The notes below the pieces were generated by a model that saw only the letters and a program-made list of their open reading frames with translations, had not been told where the DNA came from and did not search any database. A stretch of DNA of 64,000 bases from Patescibacteria group bacterium (GTDB lineage Bacteria; Patescibacteriota; Patescibacteriia; UBA9934; GWF2-40-263). The translations under genes were made by a program, and so were the position numbers. Positions 36,803 to 46,369 of this stretch are shown here, piece after piece. The DNA is taken from contig JBBTRQ010000008.1 of assembly GCA_038065075.1 (NCBI GenBank), forward strand, positions 11,960-75,959. The letters run 5' to 3'. Each line of letters begins with the position of its first letter. Position 1 is the first letter of the stretch.

Positions 36803-37621
36803 CTACGAACAAGTTCCCGGTTTCCACGATCCCTTGTTGAAGCGCATGGAGCGCTGGGTGCCGTCGTGGTCGATGACGATGTAGCAGTTTCCCAGTCGCG
36901 GGAGGCGGCTGTAGTTCTCGCATTGGTTCCACGCGCCACCGATGAGTTGCATCGGCAGAGCGTAGCCTTCTTGGCACCCGACCGCGTAGCAACCGTCGGG
37001 TTCGGGTCCGCCGCTCTTGCCGTGCAGGAGCGCGAAGCCCGTGCACGCGGGCGTTCCCCCGTCTTCCTGCGGGAGCGTGCGTTCGCGAGCGGGTACGGGA
37101 ATGGGTGTGGGCGCCGGTGTCGGCGTTGGCTCTGGAGACGGGGCGGGTGTCGGCGTCGGTTCGACGACGTCATCCTCCACCGCGATGTGCGCTGGACCAA
37201 ACGGATCGCGCTCCGGTCGGTCATCGGAGTCGAACTCCTCTTCGTCCGTCTCGTCCAAGGCCGTCGCTGGAGCGGCTTGCTGTGTCTGGTCTTGGATCGC
37301 GCGGCGCAGGAGATCGACCAAATCCCTGTCCCTGGTGATGATGACTGTGTTGCCGGTCACCTCGTCCGTGATAACGGCTCCTTCCTCACTCACCAGGAGC
37401 GTGGAGGAGTCGTCGTCTTCGGGCGCGTCCTCGACGGTTTGACGGCTGACGATCTGCACCGCCTTCGAGGGGAGCGTGAGCGCGGCGGCAAGGATGAGGA
37501 TGACGCCAAAGGTCTGGACGATGCCCTGCAGCCACCGCCTGTTGATCCGGATGCTGGCCATGAAGATCGAGGCGCCGATCCCCGCGACCAAGAAGTTCGT
37601 CGCAAACAGGAAGGGATCCAT
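36803..37621 (-). CDS. Membrane-anchored protein with Pro/Thr linker and Cys-rich C-terminal domain, GC-rich island
   Basis: N-terminal TM pair, a PTPAPSPEPTPTPAPTP linker, and a C-terminal region with 7 Cys. Start taken at Met 37621. Confidence 0.35.
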   Translation of the reverse strand: MDPFLFATNFLVAGIGASIFMASIRINRRWLQGIVQTFGVILILAAALTLPSKAVQIVSRQTVEDAPEDDDSSTLLVSEEGAVITDEVTGNTVIITRDRDLVDLLRRAIQDQTQQAAPATALDETDEEEFDSDDRPERDPFGPAHIAVEDDVVEPTPTPAPSPEPTPTPAPTPIPVPARERTLPQEDGGTPACTGFALLHGKSGGPEPDGCYAVGCQEGYALPMQLIGGAWNQCENYSRLPRLGNCYIVIDHDGTQRSMRFNKGSWKPGTCS

Positions 37622-37728
37622 GATGTCTCCTATTCGTTCCGGACAGGCGAGCATGACGCTCGTCAACCCGGGAAAATACCCCTCGCTTGCGAGCGAGGGG
37701 AGGAACCGACGCGATGCCGGTTACGTGT

Positions 37729-39144
37729 TCAAGGAGCGGGGGTCTCGTCGCCCTGATCGTGAGCGAGCTGCGCGCGCATTTCTTCAAGCTGACGCGCCTG
37801 CTCGTCCACCTCGCGGCGGAGTTCCGAGCGGGTCTCGGAAAGCTCGCGGGAGAGCGAGCCGACTTGGCCGCCGACACGACGATCGAGCGCCTGGATCGAC
37901 TCCCGACTCTCCACGGCCAGAGACGCGTAGTTGTCGCGCTCCTGCGTGAGGTCCACGATCTCCGCGTCCTTCTCGGCCAGCACCGGGACGAGTCGCGCCA
38001 GTGTCCGAGCGTGGCTCTGGAGGCTCTGCGTGTGCTCGGCGATGACCTCATCCTGTGCCGCATCGCGCTCCAGGGAAGCGGTGCGGATCTGCCCGTCGGC
38101 TCGCATGAGGAAGGCCGCCACGACGCCGATGAGCGCCATGCACAACACGAGGATGATCCACAGCTCCCCCTGCAGTCCGCGAACGTCCTGCGCATGGATC
38201 TTGGCTGCCGGCTGGGGTTCCTGATGGAGGGCAGTGCCGGCGATCGGGGTGCGATTGCGCGTACCCTTGCGTCGAGCCGGTGGAACCACCCGGATTGGGA
38301 CGAAGTCGGCCTTGTCGGCCGCGTCCTGGAGGGCGTTGAGCATCTCGACCTCTTTCGCAATGAGCAACGGCTCGGGCGGCGGCGGGCCATCGTGAGCGAG
38401 GTCTATCTCCCATTCGTCCAAGACGAGGTCGGGAACCTCGTCGAGCTCGTCCACGGCTACGTCGTAGCGCTCCATGGCTTCGCGCAGTACACGCGCATCA
38501 AGATCCTCGGGCGACTCGGGTTCTGGCGGTGCGATCGTCGCCTCTGCCGCTGTGCGATTGACCTGCTCGGACAGTTGCTTGATCGCCCACCGGTTGTGGG
38601 CGGCGGCGATGTGCTCGATGGCGCTCTTGAACAGATGCGGCTCTGGCTCGACAGTGCCGCCCAGGACGCGCAGCAGAACTTGCCAGTCGCGTCCGTTGAC
38701 CTGTTCGCAGCGCTCCATGATCGTTACGGCGGTCCGGCCGAGATCCTCTTCGTTGAAGGGCGCGCTCGAAAGATCGACGAAGGCGAGATTCTTCCGCACG
38801 AACTCGAGCTGGCCTTCCAGCGTCCGCAGGCTCTCGATCTCGTGATCGACGACGCACACGTCTTCGATCTTGAGACCCGTGCCGGTCGTGCCTCGCCGCG
38901 TGCGTACCACGCGACTGGTCGCGAGGGCATCGGCGCGCGCCCGGGCTTCCTCATCGGCGCGCGCGATGTCCTCGTTGCGGTCGCGCGGGACGAGCCGAAT
39001 CGGCGTGGGGGGAGCAGCTTCCCGGTCATCGATCGTCTCCGCGTCAGGCGGAGCGGTGGCGGCGTTGGTGTGCAGACGAAGGGGCGCCCCGTCAGCGGGG
39101 TCGTTGGCATCGTTGCTCATGCGGTCTCCTGTGTACGGAACCAT
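37729..39144 (-). CDS. Hypothetical single-pass membrane protein with C-terminal coiled coil, GC-rich island
   Basis: Internal TM helix LWIILVLCMALIGVVAAFLM and a long Glu/Arg/Leu-rich C-terminal region. AAGGAGA ribosome-binding site before Met 39144. Confidence 0.35.
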   Translation of the reverse strand: MVPYTGDRMSNDANDPADGAPLRLHTNAATAPPDAETIDDREAAPPTPIRLVPRDRNEDIARADEEARARADALATSRVVRTRRGTTGTGLKIEDVCVVDHEIESLRTLEGQLEFVRKNLAFVDLSSAPFNEEDLGRTAVTIMERCEQVNGRDWQVLLRVLGGTVEPEPHLFKSAIEHIAAAHNRWAIKQLSEQVNRTAAEATIAPPEPESPEDLDARVLREAMERYDVAVDELDEVPDLVLDEWEIDLAHDGPPPPEPLLIAKEVEMLNALQDAADKADFVPIRVVPPARRKGTRNRTPIAGTALHQEPQPAAKIHAQDVRGLQGELWIILVLCMALIGVVAAFLMRADGQIRTASLERDAAQDEVIAEHTQSLQSHARTLARLVPVLAEKDAEIVDLTQERDNYASLAVESRESIQALDRRVGGQVGSLSRELSETRSELRREVDEQARQLEEMRAQLAHDQGDETPAP

Positions 39145-39349
39145 GGCCGTCTCCTTTCTCATCTTAGGATTTTCTGTCCTTTTAGGGAAAGGGACAGGGA
39201 GTTAAACTCCCATAATATAAAGCGGTTGTCAACGGATGTGCTCAAATGCAGGATTCAGGAGGATATTGACAAAATGTCAACGGCCGAGTATCTTTTTCGG
39301 GTTCTGGCTCCGTGGCAACCAGCACGTTCCTTCCACATCCCGCCACATC

Positions 39350-40393
39350 CTCATGGAGCATCCGATGCCGACCGAGACCACCGACAACGGCGCCAAGAGC
39401 GTCTTCGTCTTCCCCAGCCGTCCCGAGGACGCCGTCGTCCACCTCGTCATCAACGTCAGGGGGATGCAGGGCGATGGCCTGCTCCTGAGCGCCTCGACGA
39501 TCCCCGGCAGTCAGACCTGGGAGCACGACGAGGTCGAGCAGATCTTCCGCGACTCCCGCACCGTGCCCATCAAGGGCGTGTACGTCCTGGAGACCAACAA
39601 CGACGGCACGAACTTCGTCATCACCCCCGAGGGGGTGGATCAGGACGACCGCCGCGCGCTCGTCTGGACGCTGTCCAAGCGGCTCGACCGCTTCCTCATC
39701 GACCTCATCAAGGCCCTGCGGGCCTTCCCGTCCGCCGAGGTCATCGACCAGGCCGCGCGGGAGGGCGTGGCCCGCATCAACATGGGCAGCCTCGAGCGCG
39801 ACCCGATGGGCACCACCCCGGTCGTCGACGCCCGCAACGTGGTCGTCGAGGGCGTGAAGTGCGTGCACTGCGGGTTCGGCATCGAGAGCGCGCTCGGCCA
39901 GTTCCCGGGCCGCCTCCTCCTCATCGCCGCCATCGACGACGACAGCACCACGGTCGGCAACCTCAAGTTCATCGTCCGCGAGCGCGACGGCCAGCCCGTC
40001 GTGCTGGTGGGCTACCTCGGCGACAAGAACGCCTTCGCCGCCTTCCTCAACGGGGAGCTGGCCCAGCGCGTCCGCGCGGCGATCCAGGCCGTGGCCGTCG
40101 AGGTCGTGACCGAGATCCTCGTCCGCGCCGAGAACGGGCGTCGGCAGTTCGAGCGGATGGTCGATTCCGTCCAGGCCACCTACGGCATCGACCCCGAGGT
40201 CGTCGTCCAGCGCGTCAACGAGCTGGAGGCCGAGGCCCGCGCCCAGCGCACCCCGCCCGAGGACAAGGTCGACGACTACGACGGCAACGAGGACGACCTC
40301 CTCGACGAGGAGCCCGCCGGCGACCCCGCCCCCGAGTCGGCCGCCCCCGCGGAGCCCGCCCCGGCCCCCGTGGAGGCCGGGGCCTCCACCTGA
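39350..40393 (+). CDS. Hypothetical protein, GC-rich island
   Basis: 348-aa ORF divergent from the 37729-39144 gene. Acidic Pro/Ala-rich tail. No known motif. Confidence 0.35.
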   Translation, partial: LMEHPMPTETTDNGAKSVFVFPSRPEDAVVHLVINVRGMQGDGLLLSASTIPGSQTWEHDEVEQIFRDSRTVPIKGVYVLETNNDGTNFVITPEGVDQDDRRALVWTLSKRLDRFLIDLIKALRAFPSAEVIDQAAREGVARINMGSLERDPMGTTPVVDARNVVVEGVKCVHCGFGIESALGQFPGRLLLIAAIDDDSTTVGNLKFIVRERDGQPVVLVGYLGDKNAFAAFLNGELAQRVRAAIQAVAVEVVTEILVRAENGRRQFERMVDSVQATYGIDPEVVVQRVNELEAEARAQRTPPEDKVDDYDGNEDDLLDEEPAGDPAPESAAPAEPAPAPVEAGAST

Positions 40394-40533
40394 TCGACCC
40401 CGTCGATCGCACGCACCCCTGATTCACCGAGTCTGACTCGAAGGATCGGGGGTTTTACATTTCCGGCAAAATCCTTTATTCTTGCAGTTACCTTGGCGGT
40501 GGCAGCCAGGCATTCAATTCAACCCTTGCCACA

Positions 40534-40830
40534 TTGGAGAGACCAATGGAGCCCGGAAGCGACGCCCCGATCATCGAGGAGCCCGGAACCGAGAGCCCCC
40601 CGCCCGCGCAGGAGCCCGCGCCCGCCGGCGACCCCGCCTCCGAGTCGGCCGTCGCGCCGCCCGAAGGCGACGCCCCGGCGCAGGAGTCCGCGCCCGCCGC
40701 CCAGAGCGACGGCGGCGAGGCCCCCGGCGAGGAGGCCCACGAGGACGGCGACGACGACGACGAGGAGCCCGACGGCGACGACGACGACGAGGACGAGGAC
40801 GCCCCGCCCACCGAGGAGAGCCAGGGCTAG
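40534..40830 (+). CDS. Highly acidic low-complexity protein, GC-rich island
   Basis: 98 aa dominated by E/D/P/A. May not be a genuine gene. Confidence 0.2.
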   Translation: MERPMEPGSDAPIIEEPGTESPPPAQEPAPAGDPASESAVAPPEGDAPAQESAPAAQSDGGEAPGEEAHEDGDDDDEEPDGDDDDEDEDAPPTEESQG

Positions 40831-41017
40831 ACACGCCCCGGCCAAGTACATCCAGAACCCCAACGGCGAGGTCACTCGCATCACCAGCGCTTGCTGGACG
40901 CACCCCCGAAATTCCGTCACGGAGTCTCGGGGGATTTACTTTTTTAGACATCGCGACTTTTTGTCGCTATACTCGCCACTGATTCATCGCAGGCTAAAAT
41001 CTTTGACACGCGCTCAA

Positions 41018-41074
41018 ATGGTAGCCGCAGGCTTCAGCCTGCGTCCGAACGCGGGCTAAAGCCCGCGGCTACCC
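41018..41074. repeat. Short sibling of the polA-internal palindromic element
   Basis: GGTAGCCGCAGGCTTCAGCCTGCG..tccgaac..GCGGCTACC shares its terminal motif and the internal tccgaac with the element at 10639-10740. Confidence 0.65.
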
Positions 41075-41089
41075 AGAGCGGCTACCACT

Positions 41090-42172
41090 ATGCTACAAGT
41101 TGGAATCGTTGGGCTCCCCAACGTCGGCAAGTCCACCCTTTTCAAGACACTCACAAAAAAGCAGGTCGACTGCGCGAATTTTCCGTTCTGCACGATCGAA
41201 CCAAACGTGGGTGTGGTGGAGGTACCCGATGAGCGGGTTGACGAGCTCGCTCGAATGTCAAAGTCTGAGAAGATCATCAAAACAGCCGTTGAGTTCGTCG
41301 ATATCGCCGGGCTCGTGAAGGGGGCACATAAAGGAGAGGGACTGGGCAACAAGTTTCTTGCCAACATCCGAGAGGTCGACATGATCGTCCATGTGGTGCG
41401 AGCGTTTGAGGATGGGAACGTCGTGCACGTTGAGGGCAACATCGACCCGGCTCGCGATGTGGAGACGATCGAGATTGAATTGGCCATGGCAGATATCAGC
41501 ACGGTCGAGAAACGACTCGACGGCGTGCGCGGCAAGATGAAGGCAGGGAAGACGAAGGACCTCGAACTTGAAGAAGCGGCGCTCGCCAAATGGTTTGCCG
41601 TGCTTGAGCAGGGGAAGATGGCGAACACGGTTGAGCTGACCGATGAGGAGCGTGAGGTGGTGCGGGACGTGAGTCTGCTCACCAACAAGCCGATCTTGTA
41701 CGTCCTCAATGTCGCTGAAGGTCAAACTCCGACCCCCCTCCTTTTGAAGGAGGGGTTGGGGGTGGTTACGAGTGAGCAGCTTCCGATTTCGATCAAGCTC
41801 GAATCAGAGATCATGGAGATGGCGCCGGAGGATCAGCAACTTTTCCTTGAGGAACTCGGTCTCAAACAATCAGGTCTGGATCGCCTCATCGCCAAATGTT
41901 ACGAGTTACTCAATCTGATTACGTTCCTCACGACCGGTGAAAAAGAAACCCGCGCATGGACGATCACGCGCGGGACCAAGGCGCCGCAGGCCGCGGGCGT
42001 CATTCACACAGATTTTGAAAAAGGATTCATTCGCGCTGAGGTCATTAGCTATGAGGATTTCGTCGCCCATGGCGGCGAGGCTGGCGCACGCGACAACGGG
42101 AAATTGCGGGTGGAAGGGAAGGACTACGTCATGCAAGACGGCGATGTGAGTCATTTTCGGGTGAGTACGTAG
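41090..42172 (+). CDS. ychF: Ribosome-binding ATPase YchF
   Basis: [15 protein letters not shown]-loop, [11 protein letters not shown]2 motif, [11 protein letters not shown]-terminal TGS domain. Confidence 0.85.
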   Translation: MLQVGIVGLPNVGKSTLFKTLTKKQVDCANFPFCTIEPNVGVVEVPDERVDELARMSKSEKIIKTAVEFVDIAGLVKGAHKGEGLGNKFLANIREVDMIVHVVRAFEDGNVVHVEGNIDPARDVETIEIELAMADISTVEKRLDGVRGKMKAGKTKDLELEEAALAKWFAVLEQGKMANTVELTDEEREVVRDVSLLTNKPILYVLNVAEGQTPTPLLLKEGLGVVTSEQLPISIKLESEIMEMAPEDQQLFLEELGLKQSGLDRLIAKCYELLNLITFLTTGEKETRAWTITRGTKAPQAAGVIHTDFEKGFIRAEVISYEDFVAHGGEAGARDNGKLRVEGKDYVMQDGDVSHFRVST

Positions 42173-43374
42173 ATGTCGCGAGCCACGAGTTGGTCCTCGC
42201 GATAGTACAGATAGGTGTCGAGGACTTTGTAACCGAGTTTCTCGAGGAGTGGCTTCAAAGGAAGGCGGTGCCAGTCACCGTCTTCTTGCCCGCCATAGCC
42301 CGTCGGTCGGCGACGGGTTGATTTGTAGGCTGGGAACGCGACGACGGCGCGGCTGGTTGGTTTCAAGAGTGACGCGAGCGACTCGAATGACTCGCCAAAA
42401 ACAGGCATGAGCTCCGACTCAAGCTGACGACTCTCTCGATCATCGACGGCTTTGAATCGAGGATTGCCCAGGAAGACTTCGGTGACAAGGAGGTCAATGC
42501 TAACCACCCCCGACCCCTCCTTCAAAAGGAGGGGAGCATTCGCAGCGGTAGAGACAAGTAAATTTATCTTAGGTGGCGTGAGTCCAAACGCGGCGACGAG
42601 CCAGTTCATGTTTTTCTTGGTGTCGGCGACGGCCTTCTCCGAGATGTCGCTTCCAATGATTTCTGCACATCCCATGAGAGCGCCTTCCATGAGTACCGTT
42701 CCCGATCCACAAAACGGATCGAGCAACACGGCACCACGAGGATCGATTCCAGAAAGATTGATCATCATGCGAGCGAGCTTGGGGGGAAGCATGCCGGACC
42801 TGGCATCGCGCGCGGGGCGGCCGTAATCACGGTCTGACCAGGCTTTGAAATTTTGGATGGCTTCCGTTTGTCCGATGAGGATGTTGTTCTCGCACACGAG
42901 GAGCACGTACTCGCCGCCGGACTCGAGCAGGCCATTGGTTTCAACGATCGCCGAAGACAGGCGCGGCTCCTTGCCTTTCACGTACCGCACAGGTCGACCG
43001 ACTTCTTTGAGACGTTTTTTTACCTCAAGTCCCAACTGGTCCAGGTCGCGCTCGAGAAACCGGGTCGCTTTTTTGTTGCCCAGGTCATAGACGCTCAATC
43101 CAAAACTGATTTTGTTTTTGCCCGCCGCGCCGCTGGCGAGGCTCGCAACTAAATCGGCGGCCTCGATTTTATTCCACGCCTTGAGCTCACCAGCAACGCG
43201 GCCAACTTTCACGATGCCGCCCAGGCGCTCCTGGAGCTCGCCCAAGTTCCGGTCGATGGGTTCAATCACGACCACAGACTCGGAAACAAAAACAGGACGG
43301 TACTCGCGACCCAGTACGGCCTTTAGTTCCGCGATCGAAAGTTCAGGATGAGATCCGAGGATGAAGTAGATCAT
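42151..43374 (-). CDS. THUMP-domain RNA methyltransferase (class I SAM MTase)
   Basis: LDPFCGSGTVLMEGALMG motif I plus an N-terminal THUMP-like region. Start set at MIYFILG to exclude the palindromic repeat that the longest ORF reads through. Confidence 0.55.
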   Translation of the reverse strand: MIYFILGSHPELSIAELKAVLGREYRPVFVSESVVVIEPIDRNLGELQERLGGIVKVGRVAGELKAWNKIEAADLVASLASGAAGKNKISFGLSVYDLGNKKATRFLERDLDQLGLEVKKRLKEVGRPVRYVKGKEPRLSSAIVETNGLLESGGEYVLLVCENNILIGQTEAIQNFKAWSDRDYGRPARDARSGMLPPKLARMMINLSGIDPRGAVLLDPFCGSGTVLMEGALMGCAEIIGSDISEKAVADTKKNMNWLVAAFGLTPPKINLLVSTAANAPLLLKEGSGVVSIDLLVTEVFLGNPRFKAVDDRESRQLESELMPVFGESFESLASLLKPTSRAVVAFPAYKSTRRRPTGYGGQEDGDWHRLPLKPLLEKLGYKVLDTYLYYREDQLVARDIYVLTRK

Positions 43375-43380
43375 AGAAAA

Positions 43381-43470
43381 ACGTTCTCCCGTCATTGCGA
43401 GCGACCGAAGGAAGTGAAGCAATCTTCGAAGATTGCTTCGTCGGCCTGCGGCCTCCTCGCAATGACGAGA
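43381..43470. repeat. Nested-hairpin palindromic element (family copy 2)
   Basis: cgtcattgcgag..gaagcaatcttcgaagattgcttc..ctcgcaatgacg. Confidence 0.7.
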
Positions 43471-43592
43471 TGAGTACATCCTCTCAAATATTGACCTTTT
43501 TTACAAAGGACGCTAGGATTCGACCGCTAATATTTAACTGTCCATGATCCAGTTTATCTGGGTCGTCCCGAGCAAAACGGGACCAGTACTCT

Positions 43593-44105
43593 ATGAAGGA
43601 ATACGAACTCCTTTACATTGTGGGCACGCAGTTTACCGATCAGGAAATTGCAGGCATCCAGTCCAAATTGGACGATCTGCTGACCCAGGCCGGCGCAAAG
43701 GTTTTGAAAACGCAGAACCTCGGCAAGATCAAACTCGCGTACCCCATTAAGAAGATCCGCCATGGATCATATGTGCTCTCGTACTTTGACGCGGAGCCTT
43801 CCGTGATCACAGACATCAACCGACGGTTGGGTCTGGCAGAAGAGATCCTGCGTCACACGCTTCTGGAGCGTCCCTCTGGCGCCCTTGAGCGCACCTTCGA
43901 ACTCACCTCTTACGTGGCTCCTCTTTCCGAGGAAGCCAAGACAGAGCGTGAAGTGAAACACGCCCCGGTGAGGACATTCAAGAAGGCCGAGCCACAGCTC
44001 CCATCTCCGACGCCTATTTCGGTAGGAGACTCATCCATGAGCATGGAGGAGCTCGATCAGAAGCTCGACAAGATTCTTGAGGGCGACATCGCTGAAAACA
44101 TTTAA
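43593..44105 (+). CDS. rpsF: 30S ribosomal protein S6 with C-terminal extension
   Basis: MKEYELLYIVGTQFTDQEIAGIQSKLDDLL.. is a typical S6 N-terminus. Confidence 0.8.
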   Translation: MKEYELLYIVGTQFTDQEIAGIQSKLDDLLTQAGAKVLKTQNLGKIKLAYPIKKIRHGSYVLSYFDAEPSVITDINRRLGLAEEILRHTLLERPSGALERTFELTSYVAPLSEEAKTEREVKHAPVRTFKKAEPQLPSPTPISVGDSSMSMEELDQKLDKILEGDIAENI

Positions 44106-44116
44106 TCTCATCGTGT

Positions 44117-44587
44117 ATGTACTCGCTTAATCGTGCCACGATCATCGGCAACCTCACGCGAGATCCGGAAATGCGTAAGACGCAAACGGGACAGAGCGTC
44201 TGCTCGTTCTCCGTGGCGACAAACCGCAACTGGACCGGACAAGACGGTACCAAGCAGGAGGCCTCGGACTTCCACAACGTCGTGGCCTGGGGCAAGCTCG
44301 CGGAAATCTGCGGGCAGTACCTTACCAAGGGTCGCAAGGTGTACGTCGACGGCCGCATGCAAACGCGCGACTGGGAAGGCCAAGATGGCGTGCGCCGCTA
44401 CCGCACAGAGATCGTCACAGAGAATATGATCATCTTGGATCGCCCTGCTGGCGGAGCTCCATCGGGAAATTACGGTGGAGGCAAACCGTTTAGTCCACCC
44501 GCGTTCACGCCCCCCGCTCCACCCGTACAAGAGGATCACGCACCAAATCCAGATGACGAGATTAAGATCGAAGACATTCCGTTTTAA
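44117..44587 (+). CDS. ssb: Single-stranded DNA-binding protein
   Basis: LNRATIIGNLTRDPEMRKTQTG..FHNVVAWGKLAE..YLTKGRKVYVDGRMQTRDWE OB fold. C-terminal acidic tail DIPF. Confidence 0.85.
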   Translation: MYSLNRATIIGNLTRDPEMRKTQTGQSVCSFSVATNRNWTGQDGTKQEASDFHNVVAWGKLAEICGQYLTKGRKVYVDGRMQTRDWEGQDGVRRYRTEIVTENMIILDRPAGGAPSGNYGGGKPFSPPAFTPPAPPVQEDHAPNPDDEIKIEDIPF

Positions 44588-44613
44588 CCTGCCTGTAGTG
44601 AGTTTATCGAACT

Positions 44614-44844
44614 ATGGAAAAAACAAACCCAGCTGTCCAGAAGAAGAAGCAATGCTACTTCTGCTACAACAACATTCAATACGTCGACTATAAGGACGTG
44701 AACATCCTGCGCCGATTCCTTTCTTCCTTCGCGAAGATTGTCGCGCGCAAGCGTTCCAAAGTCTGCATGTTCCACCAGCGCGGACTCACAAGCGCCATCA
44801 AGCGCGCGCGCGTCATGGCGATTCTGCCGTTTGTCCAGCGCTAG
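44614..44844 (+). CDS. rpsR: 30S ribosomal protein S18
   Basis: KKKQCYFC..IQYVDYKDVNILRRFLS..GKIVARKRSKVC is the S18 signature. Confidence 0.85.
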   Translation: MEKTNPAVQKKKQCYFCYNNIQYVDYKDVNILRRFLSSFAKIVARKRSKVCMFHQRGLTSAIKRARVMAILPFVQR

Positions 44845-44846
44845 GC

Positions 44847-45644
44847 ATGCTGTCCCGTGAAGATATTCTCCGACGCCTTGCCATGTGGCAGGATGTCGAA
44901 CACAAGATCCACGCGTTTTTTCAAGCGCGTGGTTTTGTTTCTGTGCGCACTCCGCTTGTCGTGCAAGCCCCTGGCATGGAACCCAACCTTGATCCACTCG
45001 AGGTCTCAGTCAACAAGCAACCTCACGCCCTTATCACGAGCCCTGAATATTCGATGAAGAAGCTCATGGGCGCGGGAATGGAAAAGATCTACACGCTCAC
45101 ACCGGTCTTTCGAAATTTTGAGGACGGAAAACTAAACACGCCGGAGTTCACCATGCTTGAGTGGTACGCCCCAGGGACGTATGAAGATCTGATGTCGAAA
45201 ACGGAGGAGCTGTTACAGTTCGTGTTAGAAGATAGGTCCGATTGGTCCCAACTGACCTATGATCAAGCCGCGGTAGACCAGTTCGGTGATCCGCACACGG
45301 ACGCAAAACGTTTTTTCGTCACGCGCTATCCAAAAGAACAGGCCTCGCTCGCCCGGCTCTCTGATGACGGCTCGTATGCCGAACGCTTTGAAGCCTTCGG
45401 GGACGGCATGGAACTCTGCAATGGATTTTGCGAGTTGCTCGATCCAGTCGAACAAAGGCGTCGATTCCAACTTGAACAAGAGGAGCGACGTGGGCTGGGC
45501 AAGACGGTTTTCCCGATCGATGAGTCATTCCTGGAGGCACTCGGGAGGATCAAAGGACCTATCTACGGGAACGCCTTGGGAGTTGACCGACTGGTGATGC
45601 TCAAGTACGCTATCGCCAACATTCGCGATATACATCTCTTTTGA
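44847..45644 (+). CDS. epmA: EF-P beta-lysine ligase-like class II aaRS paralog (EpmA/GenX-like)
   Basis: Class II motif 2 FRNFEDGKLNTPEFTMLEWY and motif 3 GVDRLVMLKY. Adjacent to efp. Confidence 0.6.
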   Translation: MLSREDILRRLAMWQDVEHKIHAFFQARGFVSVRTPLVVQAPGMEPNLDPLEVSVNKQPHALITSPEYSMKKLMGAGMEKIYTLTPVFRNFEDGKLNTPEFTMLEWYAPGTYEDLMSKTEELLQFVLEDRSDWSQLTYDQAAVDQFGDPHTDAKRFFVTRYPKEQASLARLSDDGSYAERFEAFGDGMELCNGFCELLDPVEQRRRFQLEQEERRGLGKTVFPIDESFLEALGRIKGPIYGNALGVDRLVMLKYAIANIRDIHLF

Positions 45645-45649
45645 ATTTT

Positions 45650-45745
45650 CATTTGTGTCATCCCGAGCGAGCGAAGCGAGCCGAGGGATCTCGAATTTGA
45701 GATCCCTCCACTCGGCCGTCGAACGGCCTCGGTCGGGATGACAGG
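45650..45745. repeat. Nested-hairpin palindromic element (family copy 3, variant arms)
   Basis: tgtcatcccgagcgagcgaagcgagccgagggatctcgaatttgagatccctc..cggtcgggatgaca. Confidence 0.65.
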
Positions 45746-45752
45746 ACAAACT

Positions 45753-46319
45753 ATGGCATCACCAAACGACATTAAGAAAGGCACCGTCATCAATCGCGAC
45801 GGAGAACTCTGGTTCGTGATTGAGTTTCAGCGCGTGGCTCCAGGGAAGGGAAGTTCCTTTGTCCGTACACGCATGAAGCACATCACCAATGGAAAGGTGA
45901 AGGAAGAAAACTTTAAGTCAGCGGAGAACCTCACGTTTGAGGACGTGCAGTACAAGAAGATGCAGTACCTCTACAATGACGGGAACCTTTATACGTTCAT
46001 GGACAACCAGACGTACGAACAGCTCTCGATTGCCAAAGGTGATATCGAAGATGCCATTCCGTACATGAAAGAGGGACTGGAAGTGAAGGTCGTCATTCAC
46101 AACGACCTGGCTCTCACGATTGAACTCCCACAAAAGATTCAGTACACGGTCGGCTACACTGAGCCGGCGGTGAAAGGGGACACGGCCTCCGGCAACGTCC
46201 TCAAGGACGCGGAAATGGACAACGGTCTCAAGGTTCGCGTGCCTGTGTTCATTGCCTCCGGCGACGAGATCCTTGTGAACACCGACACCGGCGCCTACAG
46301 CGAGCGCGTAACGAAGTAG
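45753..46319 (+). CDS. efp: Elongation factor P
   Basis: MASPNDIKKGTVINRDGELWFVIEFQRVAPGKGSSFVRTRMKHITNGK. The conserved KPGKG loop is present as PGKGS. Confidence 0.85.
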   Translation: MASPNDIKKGTVINRDGELWFVIEFQRVAPGKGSSFVRTRMKHITNGKVKEENFKSAENLTFEDVQYKKMQYLYNDGNLYTFMDNQTYEQLSIAKGDIEDAIPYMKEGLEVKVVIHNDLALTIELPQKIQYTVGYTEPAVKGDTASGNVLKDAEMDNGLKVRVPVFIASGDEILVNTDTGAYSERVTK

Positions 46320-46369
46320 AAATGAAAAGGCCTCTGGCGAGTACGCCGGAGGCTTTTGTATTCGTGGCC

